Source of the DNA: Octopus vulgaris
Lineage: Eukaryota
Assembly (NCBI GenBank): GCA_951406725.2
Contig: OX597815.1
Coordinates: 55,986,001-56,050,000 of the forward strand
Length of the DNA stretch: 64,000 bases
Reading direction: 5' to 3'
Shown here one piece after another: positions 54,470 through 64,000 of this stretch. A model generated the notes under the pieces. It had not been told where the DNA came from, did not search any database, and was given only the letters and a program-made list of their open reading frames with translations. The position numbers were made by a program, and so were the translations under genes. Position 1 is the stretch's first letter, and each line of letters begins with the position of its first letter.

Positions 54470-54885
54470 TAAAAAATGAAGTTCGAAAATGCTGCTGTAT
54501 TATACAATTTTTAATTTTTATATATACATTATAACATGTTTCAGTTCCTGAAATGAACCTTATCAAAAAAAGTTATATATAAAAAAAGACAGCTCATGCC
54601 GTCTAACACAAGAAATTCATTTATAATACACAACGAAGTCAGACATCTTAGAGTTCATGTATAGTTGATATATAGTTCATGTATAGTTGATATATAGTTT
54701 GAAGTATATGTTCAAAGTGTTCGATGCAGTGGCCCACGGTGGCGATACGTATTCAATACAAAAAACAGATCAAAGTGGTGGAAAGCGGTCAATACAGAAG
54801 ATTGATGTTTCCGAAAGAGCGAGGAATTCATTTTTACCTTAAGCAATTGTGATGACCCATGGTGGAAGTTCGCTGGGTGGTTCTG

Positions 54886-54890
<5 letters not shown>
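54470..54890 (-). mobile_element. Possible Penelope-like 3' remnant with a decayed hammerhead
   Basis: Minus strand UUGAUAA-GGUUC-AUUUCAG-GAACU-GAAAC-AUGUU at ~54533-54566 has two core substitutions. The segment lies between (TA)n tracts. Confidence 0.4.
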
Positions 54891-54931
<41 letters not shown>

Positions 54932-55255
54932 GAGGTGTATATATACATACATACATATACATGTAGGCGCGGGAGTGGCTGTGTGGTAAGTAGCTTGCTA
55001 ACCAACCACATGGTTCCAGGTTCAATCCCACTGTGTGGCACCTTGGGCAAGTGTCTTCTGCTATAGCCCTCAGCCGACCAATGCCTTGTGAGTGGATTTG
55101 GTAGACGGAAACTGAAAGAAGCCTGTCATATATATATTGCTAACATATGATTTATAAAAACATGTGACATATTAATAAAAATCTGTAAATATAAAACCAT
55201 CCAGATTTCTGAGTACCTTATTTCTTCTAATATATATACATCTATACATATATAT

Positions 55256-55310
<55 letters not shown>

Positions 55311-55314
55311 TTGT

Positions 55315-55650
55315 GAAGGCACATGTCTCAGTGGTTAGAGCGTTGAGCGTACGGTCGTGAGGTTGTGAGTTTGAATCTCGGACCAAGATGCATGTTATGT
55401 TCTTGAGCAAGACACTTTATTTCACATTGCTCCAATTCATTCAGCTGTAGAAATGAATTGCGAAGTCACAGGTGCCAAGCTGTATCAGCCATTGCCTTTC
55501 TTTTGGATAACACTGGTGGTTTGAAGAGGGGGGGCCGGTATGCATGGGCAGCTGCTGGTCTTCCATAAACAAACTTGCCCGAACTTGCACCTAGGAGGGT
55601 AACTTTCAAGGTGCAATCCTGCGGTCAGTCATGACCAAAGGGAGTCTCAG
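55315..55650 (+). mobile_element. tRNA-derived SINE
   Basis: TCAGTGGTTAGAGCG...GAGTTTGAATCTC carries A and B boxes. A related reversed piece lies at ~62420-62625. Confidence 0.7.
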
Positions 55651-55719
55651 CATATATATACATACATACATCTGTACATATATCTATGCATATATATATA
55701 TGTGTGTGTGTGTGTGTGT

Positions 55720-58535
55720 TGGATGCCCAGAAGATGACCAAGATGGAGAAGAAGGGGGTCTGGAAGCTTAAAGATCCTGCAAATGGACAGAGATTTAGAG
55801 ACATATTACTTGAAGCCTTTGACGAAATAGAAGGGGATATAGCTTCACATGGTGTAGAAGACAGCTGGAGGTTTCTATGGGACAACCTACTGAGAGCCAC
55901 TGACCAGATCTGTGGATCGTACAAAGTCCCTTCTCGACCCAAAAAAACGTGGTGGTGGAACAATGTTGTAGACAGGGCTATGAGAAAAAAGAGACAAGCT
56001 TCGAAGGACTGGAAGAACGGTGGTAGCAGGGAATTGTATCAGACTGCCAGACGAGAAGCTAGGAGACAGGTTTATTTAGCCAGAGGGGAAGCAGATAAGG
56101 AAAAAATTTGCCAATGTTCTGCGCTGTGTGGATCAAAGACTTGAGGTATTTTGTGTTGCAAGACAGTGTGTGAGAGAGAATCGTGATGTGGTAGGAGAGA
56201 AATGTGTCAGCATGGATGATGGTTCTCTTACGCTAAATGGGGCTGCAAAGAGAGAGGTTTGGAGATGCCACTATGAAAGGTTGCTAAATAAAGAAAATGA
56301 ATGGGAGAAAGAGAGTCTGCCGAATGTTGACTCAACAGAGGGACAGGACCCTGGTAAATAAAGCAATTATAAGTATGAAGACAGGGAAAGACCCCGGCCC
56401 ATCAGGAGTTACTGCAGAGATGCTCAAAATATCTGGCAGTGTCAGCTATAGTCTGGTCACGCGTATAGTTAACCAGATGATACACGAAAGAGTCATTCCC
56501 AATGACTGGTGTAGCAACATAATAGTCAACTGCTACAGAGGTAAAGGTGACGCTTTAAATACAAATAATTACTGACGTATCAAGCTGTTGGATCAGATAA
56601 TGAAGATCACGGAGAGGGTCATAGCCCAACTAATTAGGGAGAGAGTCAGTTTAGATGAGTGCCAGGGAAAAGCACCACTGATGCTACATTTCTGGTGAGA
56701 CAGTTGCAGGAGAAATACCTAGCCAAAGATAAGCCCCTGCAGCTAGCTTTTGTTGACCCTTATCTGGTGGTCAATGACGAAACTAGGGATAGATGAATGG
56801 TTAGTGAAAGTCAAGCAAGCCATATACAGGGGCCCTGTCAGTAAGGTGAGGGTTGGCAATGAGTACAGTGAAGAATTCAGGGTAGAGGTAGGGGTCTACC
56901 AAGGTTCAGTCCTCAGCCCCCTATTCTTTACCATAATCCTCCAGGCAATAACGGAGGATTTCCTTGGGAGCTCCTCTATGCTGATGACCTTGCTCTAATT
57001 GCTGAGTCCCTATCAGAACTAGAGGAGAAGTTTCAAGTATGGAAACAAGGATTAGAATCAAAGGGCCTTAGAGTCAACCTAGCTAAAACCAAAGTCCTAA
57101 TAAGTAGGAAGGCAGGCAAACCACAAATCCCTTCGAGTAGATAGCCCTGCTCGATCTGTAGTAGAGGTGTAGGTAGAAACTCTATAAGATGTACCCAGTG
57201 TAAGCTATGGACACATAAGAGGTGCAGTAATATCAAAGGAAGGCTAACTAGGAAAATAGTTTTTGTATGTGGCAGATGCTCAGGATCAATAAACACTGAA
57301 AATGCGCAGAGACCAACTTCCACCACATTCCAGGGAGAAAAACAAGTAGTAGTTGATAGCTTCCGTTACCTAGGTGACCAAGTCAGTAGTAGGGGAGGGT
57401 GCGCTGAAAGTGTAGCTGCTAGAATAAGAATAGCCTGGGCTAAGTTCAGAGAGTTCTTACCTCTGCTGGTCACAATGGGCCTCTCGCTCAGTATAAAAGG
57501 TAGACAGTATGACGCATGTGTACGAACAGTCATGCTACATCACAATGAAACATGGGCCATGACTGCTGAGAACATACGTAAGCTCACAAAAAATGAAGCC
57601 AGCATGCTCCGATGGATGTGTAATGTCAGTGTGCATACTTGACAGAGTGTTAGTGCCTTGAGAGAAAGTTTGGACCTAAGAAGCATCAGATGTGCAAGAG
57701 AGACAACGGCGCTGGTATGGTCATGTGGTGAGAATGGATGTGAATAGCTGTGTGAAAAAGTGCCACACCCTAGCAGTTGAGGGAACCTGAGGAAGAGGTA
57801 GACCCAGGAAGACCTGGGATGAGGTGGTGAAGCATGACCTTCAAACACTGGGCCTCACTGAGGCAATGACTAGTGACCAAGATCCTCTGGAAATATAGTG
57901 TGCTTGAGAAGACTCGGCAAGTGCAAGTGAGACTGTAACCTTGTGGCCTCCGCCAGGGGTGTAACCAGTCTACTTATGCATGCCTTTCCTTCATTGGACA
58001 CTAAACTCTACTTGCAAACTCTACTTGCAAAGTGAAATCGAAATCAAAATCAAATCAAATTCAAAGACTAGTATCCGTTGCTAGTGGAGCGCTAAGATTA
58101 CCATACGAGTGAGATCAGGGCCAGAGCAAAAAGCTGGCCTCGGTGCCGATGGCACGTTAAAAACACCATTCAAGCGTGATTGTTATCTGTGTCGCCTACT
58201 AGCACTTGTGCTGGTGTCACATGAAAAAACATTCGAGCGAGGTCGTTGCCAGTGCCGCTGGACTGGCTATTGTGCAGGTGGCACATAAAAAGCACCATTT
58301 GAGCATGGCCATTGCCAGTACCGCCTGACTGGCCCTCGTGCCGGTGGGACGTAAAAGCACCCAATACACTCTCGGAGTGGTTGGCATTAGGAAGGGCATC
58401 CAGCTGTATAAACTCTACCAGATCAGATTGGAGTCTGGTGCAGCCATGTGGTTTGCCAGACCTCAGTCAACTCGTCCAACCCATGCTAGCATGGAAAGCA
58501 GACGTTAAACGACGATAATGATGATGATGATGATA
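55720..58535 (+). mobile_element. RTE-clade LINE, longer copy, multiple deletions and frameshifts
   Basis: KKTWWWNNVV, GKDPGPSG, YADDL and the PHD insert; same 3' UTR and (GAT)n tail as 49203-50958. Confidence 0.93.
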
Positions 58536-58760
58536 TACCTACATCTATACATATATACTCTTTTACTTGTTTCAGTCATTTGACTGTGGTCATGCTAGAG
58601 CACCACCTTGACACAAGCAGGGCTTATTCTTTGTAAGCCTAGTACTTATTCTATCAGTCTCTTTTGCTTAACCGCTAAGTTACAGGGACATAAACACACC
58701 AGCATCAATTGTCAAGCAATGTTGGGGGGACAAACACAGACACACAAACATATACACACC

Positions 58761-58804
<44 letters not shown>

Positions 58805-58994
58805 TATGACAGGCTTCTTTCAGTTTCCATGTACCAAATCCACTCACAAGGCTTTGGTTCACCTGAGGTTATAGTAGAAGACACTTACCCAAGGTGCCAC
58901 GCTGTGGTACTGAACCCGGAACCATGTGGTTGGTAAACAAGCTATTTACCACACAGCCACTCCTACGCCTATATAATATATCTATATATATATA

Positions 58995-59023
<29 letters not shown>

Positions 59024-59026
<3 letters not shown>

Positions 59027-59735
59027 AAACACATTGCCAAAATTGCCAAGAAGGCTGAGGGTGTCTTGGCATCACTCACCAAGTCCTTTGTGAGCCGCTC
59101 TCCGGCTATCTATCTGCAGCTTTATATAGCTATGGTGCGACCTCACCTGGAATTTGCATCACCGGTCTGGAACCCCTATCTTGCCCAGGATATTAATAAT
59201 CTGGAAACCGTTCAGCAATGTGCAACCAAGAGAATACCCTCCATCAGGCATTTGCCATATTCTGAATGCCTTACTTCCCTATGCATGGATACATTGAAAA
59301 CTCCAACATCTGGCAGCTGACTTGGCAGACACCCATAAAATTATTAACCATCTTACAAACAATAACTCTGAGCACCTTTTCAAACTCCACCTGTCTTACA
59401 CCTGTGGACATGTTTACAAAGTCAGAAAACAGCACAGCTCCCATGACTTTCGGAAACATTTTTTCAAACTAAGAGTTGCTGAAGTATGGAACAAACTGCC
59501 GGCATCAGTTGTTAGTTGTCGGAGCACTGCATCCTTCAAAACTTCCATGCTTCCTGAGATTTGCCAACACTACACCTGATTTTCTCCCCTCCATACACAT
59601 GCAAGAATGTATCTGACTCATACACTGTTCACTTTCCAGACAATAGTACATTACTGCATATGCTTTTTATGCACTTTTGACAAGTTGTGGTGCACCTGAG
59701 CCTGAGCACTGTATACAATAATTTCATTATATTAT
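59024..59735 (+). mobile_element. 5'-truncated CR1 copy inserted in (TA)n
   Basis: Highly similar to the reverse complement of ~2440-3145. Ends ...CAATAATTTCATTATTAT, with (TA)n on both sides. Confidence 0.93.
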
Positions 59736-60449
59736 ATATATATATATATATGTATATGTAAAAAAATACAAACTGGGACAAGAACGCAAAACATTTAGAA
59801 GACGATACAAAAAACACGGACAGGACATTCGAAGCCTTCAATCTTCAGTCAAGAACCGGATCATCCGCGCAATTTTGGCTGATTAATCTTGAGATCGCTC
59901 CGATCCGGCCAGCCCCAAGGGAAAACCAAGCTACGAGCATTAGATTTCTGGAAAAAGGATTGAATGTATACGAAACAAGGACAGAAAAACGGACGATGCC
60001 ACACGAATATAAATACAAAAAACAATAAAGGTACATATATATATATATATATATACTGCATACACACACACTCACAAAGATATTGTAAGTATGTGTGTGT
60101 GTTTGTGTGTTGATACATAATTCATAAATATTAATAGTTATTGGACAAATGTATAATTTGCTAAGAGGAATTAAAGGGTACCGTAAGGTATACATGTGTC
60201 TTTCCTTACCAATTATGCATATGTGTAAAAGTATATATGTATGTGCATGTAGAAATACACATACATATATATATAATTTAGGTATATAGATACCCATTAA
60301 TATACATACATTTATATATATATAAATCAAATGTGAACTTAATATACCTTGATTTTGCAAAAGCTTTGGACAAGGTGGATCATGGTATGATATGACCTTG
60401 GCATAGCTGGAAAACTTGAAGAGTGGTTACATGACTTCCTGAAAGATAG

Positions 60450-62356
60450 GAGCCATGTAGCATGGCTGTTCGTACACATGCATCATACAGTCTGCCTTTT
60501 ACTCTGAGCGAGAGGCCTTTCGTCACCAGCAGAGGTAAGAGCTCTCTGAACTTTGCCCAGGCTATTCTTACTCTAGCAGTTACACTTTCAGCACACCCGC
60601 TACTGACTTGGTCACCTAGGTAACGGAAGCTATCAACTATTTCTAGTTTTTCTCCCTGGAATGTGGTGGAAGTTGGTCTCTGCACATTTTCAGTGTTTAT
60701 TGCTCCTGAGCATCTGCCACATACAAAAACTATTTTCCTAGTTAGCCTTCCTTTGACATTGCTGCACCTCTTATGTGTCCATAGCTTACACTTGGTGCAT
60801 CTTATGCCTTTTCTACAGATCGAGCAGGGCCATCTACCTGAAGGCGTTTGTGATTTGTCTACCTTTCTACTTATTAGGACTTTGGTTTTAGCTAGGTTGA
60901 CTCTAAGGCCCTTCGATTCTAATCCTTGCTTCCACACCTGAAACTTCTCCTCCAGTTCTGATAGTGACTCAGCAATTAGAGCAAGGTCATCAGCATAGAG
61001 GAGCTCCCAGGGGCATCCTGTCTTGAATTCCTCCGTTATTGCCTGGAGGACTATGATAAATAGGAGGGGACTGAGGACTGAACCTTGGTGGACCCCAACC
61101 TCTACCCGGAATTCTTCACTGTACTCATTGCCAACCCCCACCTTACTAGCAGCATCCCTGTACATGGCTTGCATGGCTCTCACTAACCATTCATCTATCC
61201 CTAGTTTCCTCATTGACCACCAGATAAGGGATCGGGGGACCCGGTCGAAGGCTTTCTCCATGTCAACAAAAGCCAGGTACAGGAGCTTATCTTTGGCTAG
61301 GTATTTCTCCTGCAGCTGTCTTACCAGGAATATAGCATCAGTGGTACTCTTCCCTGGCATGAACCCAAACTGCATCTCATCTAAACTAACTCTCTAATTA
61401 GTTGGGCTATGACCCTCTCCATAACCTTCATTACCTGATCCAACAGCTTGATACCCTGTAGTTATTTGTATCTAGGGCGTCACCTTTACCTTTGTAGCAG
61501 TTGACTATTATGCTGCTACACCAGTCATTGGGAATGACTCCTTCGTGTATCACTTGGTTAACTATACGGGTGACTAGGCTATATCCGACACTACGAGATA
61601 TTTTGAGCATCTCTGCAGTAATTCCTGATGGGCCTGGGGCTTTCCCTGTCTTCATGCTTCTAATTGCCTTAACTATCAAGGTACTGTCAACTCGGATAGC
61701 TGGTCCCTCTGTTGGGTCGACATTCGGCAGACTCTCTTTATCCCATTCATTTTCTTTATTCAGCAACCTTTCATAGTGGCATCTCCAAACCTCTCTCTTT
61801 GAATCATCATTTAGCGCAAGTGAACCATCATCCATGCGGACACATTTCTCTCCTACCACATCATGATTCTCTCTCACACACTGTCTTGCAACACGAAATA
61901 CCTCAAGTCTTTCATCCTCACGGCGCAGAACATTGGCAAATTTTTTCTTATCTGCTTCCCCTCTGGCTAAATACACCTGCCTCCTAGCTTCCCTTCTGGC
62001 AGTCTGATACACTTCCCTGCTACCACCGTTCTTCCAGTCCTTCCAAGCCTGTTTCTTTTGTCTAATAGCCCTGTCAACAACATTGTTCCACCACCACGTT
62101 ATTTTGGATCTTGAGGGGACTTTGCACCAACCATAGATCTGGTCAGTGGTTCTCAGCAGGTTGTCCCTTAGAAACCTCCAGTTGTCTTCTACCCCATGTG
62201 AAGCTATATCCCCTTCTATTTTGCCAAAGGCTTCAAGTAATATGTCTCTAAATCTCTGTCCATTCGCAGGATCTTTAAGCTTCCAGACCCTTCTTCTCCA
62301 TGTTGGTCGTCTTCTGGTCATCCTCTTAGTCCTGATCCTAAAGTCACTAACTACCA

Positions 62357-62360
<4 letters not shown>
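60450..62360 (-). mobile_element. RTE-clade LINE, internal portion with well-preserved RT
   Basis: ORFs 61431-62321 and 60380-61375 (QFGFMPGKSTTDAIF, DMEKAFDRVP, GVHQGSVLSP, LLYADD). Truncated at both ends. Confidence 0.93.
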
Positions 62361-62422
<62 letters not shown>

Positions 62423-62661
62423 ATTCATATAAAAATGATAAAGCTCCTCTCCAGCCGCTTTGATCATGAATGACCTTGAGATTGCACCTAGAAAGTTACC
62501 CCTCAAGGTACAAGTTCAGGCAAGGCTGTTTATGGAAGACCAGCAGTAACCCATGCACATGCAACCTTGTCCAGGAATCGAACTCACTATCTCATAAGAT
62601 TGTGAGCCTCATGCTTTAATCATTGATCCATGCATACACACACACACATATATATATACAT

Positions 62662-62735
<74 letters not shown>

Positions 62736-62913
62736 TGAACGAATTATCCTATGTTTATCGTCAGCATGGAAAATTCGTTTAACCGAAACATGGGTAGCAA
62801 ATTCACGTCAGAAACATGGTTGAAGCAACCTGTCCAAGGGTTCATGTGCAGAAATTTGTGTGTTGTATATGAATAAATGAAAGAATGGAGTCGAACGAAG
62901 ATGTTAACAAAAT

Positions 62914-63008
62914 TCCTTTACTCTCGACATCTGTTTCGAAGACAACATGTTTTCATTCCAAAGGAATAAAGGGTGCATTATGCAATCTTTTCATCGGGAA
63001 AGAAAGGG
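62914..63008 (-). ncRNA. Decayed hammerhead-like motif in a short element (62732-63110) between (TA)n tracts
   Basis: Minus strand CUUUC-CCGAUGA-AAAGAUUGCAU...AUGUUGUCUUC-GAAAC-AGAU-GUC-GAGAG. One core substitution (CCGAUGA); stems I and II pair. Confidence 0.55.
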
Positions 63009-63179
63009 AGCCTCTCTCGACAACAAGACAAACAAAAATTTCGATGACTGCCTACATGGTAAACAAAACGATAATGAGTGTTTTTTAAAAAAAAACGTTA
63101 GAATTGACGTCATATATATATATATGTATGTATATATACATATATACACACACATATATATACATATATACACATATAT

Positions 63180-63230
<51 letters not shown>

Positions 63231-64000
63231 TACACATATATAGATATATATGTATGTATATGTATGTGCCTGTGTGTAACTATTTATGTATGCATGAATG
63301 TGTGTTTGTGCCCCACCTCCACTTGACAACTTAGTGGTATGACATAAAATACCAATAGTACTAGGTTTAATCCAGTTAACTAAAACCCTTCAAGGCAGTG
63401 CCCCAGCATGGCCACAGTTCAATGACTGAAAAGAGTTAAAGATTATATACATGTGTGTGTGTGTGTGTGTGTGCACATGTATATGTGTGCACATGCGTGT
63501 ATGTGTAAAACTCTATACATATATGTATATGTGTATTTGCTGAGTAGTGGGTGGGCAGAAGTAGCGACATTGATACTATTAATATTCCTATTGAACATAT
63601 GAAAGTCAATCCTTTTAGGAAAGGTAAAATTTGGTGGGATTGACATTCTAAGTGGGAGGGACTGAGGGAATGATTAGTACAAGGCCTAGAAGGTTAAAGA
63701 GAAGAATGATTGAAGGAGGAGAAACAAATGGGACAGGAATGCCTAGTGGAGGTAACATGAACCTAGCCAAGGAGTAGAGGCCATTATTAATATTGGAGAA
63801 AAGGTAGAAAGGAAAGACAGTTCATCTCTGGGCCAGGGGGCAGATCATGTTTGTAAATGACTTTATGCTAATCATTTGGATGAGCCTTTCCTAGATGTTG
63901 TCTAGCATGTCAGTATATGCAGCAACTGTACTGTAATCATCCATTATAATCCTCACCAGAGATTTGTAGAATCAATAATTGTTATGGGTTTGAAGAATCT

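Noticed and set aside
59760-60035. Short (TA)n-bounded island with CUGAAGA on the minus strand
   Set aside because: Followed by GAAU rather than GAAA and no convincing stems. Probably a repeat, but the family cannot be assigned.

Overview
Eukaryotic, very AT-rich, microsatellite-laden DNA. The SINE/LINE content and (TA)n density suggest an octopus (coleoid cephalopod), which is an inference. One host gene is evident: a two-exon EGR/Krox zinc-finger immediate-early gene on the minus strand (CDS 45577-45364 + 35489-33895, 602 aa, ~9.9-kb phase-1 intron). Its promoter has vertebrate-Egr1-like architecture: TATA, CCAAT, CRE-like sites, three perfect CArG boxes and an Ets-CArG serum response element. 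The rest is mostly decayed mobile DNA: CR1, Tx1, RTE (with a PHD finger inside the RT), a REL-endonuclease LINE, Tc1/mariner, Tigger, one LTR with a PBS, and tRNA-derived SINEs. The most unusual signal is a set of RT-less, ORF1-only (HAL1-like) Tx1 derivatives that keep the Tx1 3' terminus. They, and one Tx1 ORF2 fragment, are followed within ~25 nt by type I hammerhead ribozymes. Two of these ribozymes open a homologous ~220-nt module that ends at a (TA)n tract, and one unit is bracketed by a 157-bp inverted copy of that module, as in Penelope-like pseudo-LTRs. Six hammerhead-like motifs were read by eye in the window. TE boundaries are approximate and no database search or folding program was run.
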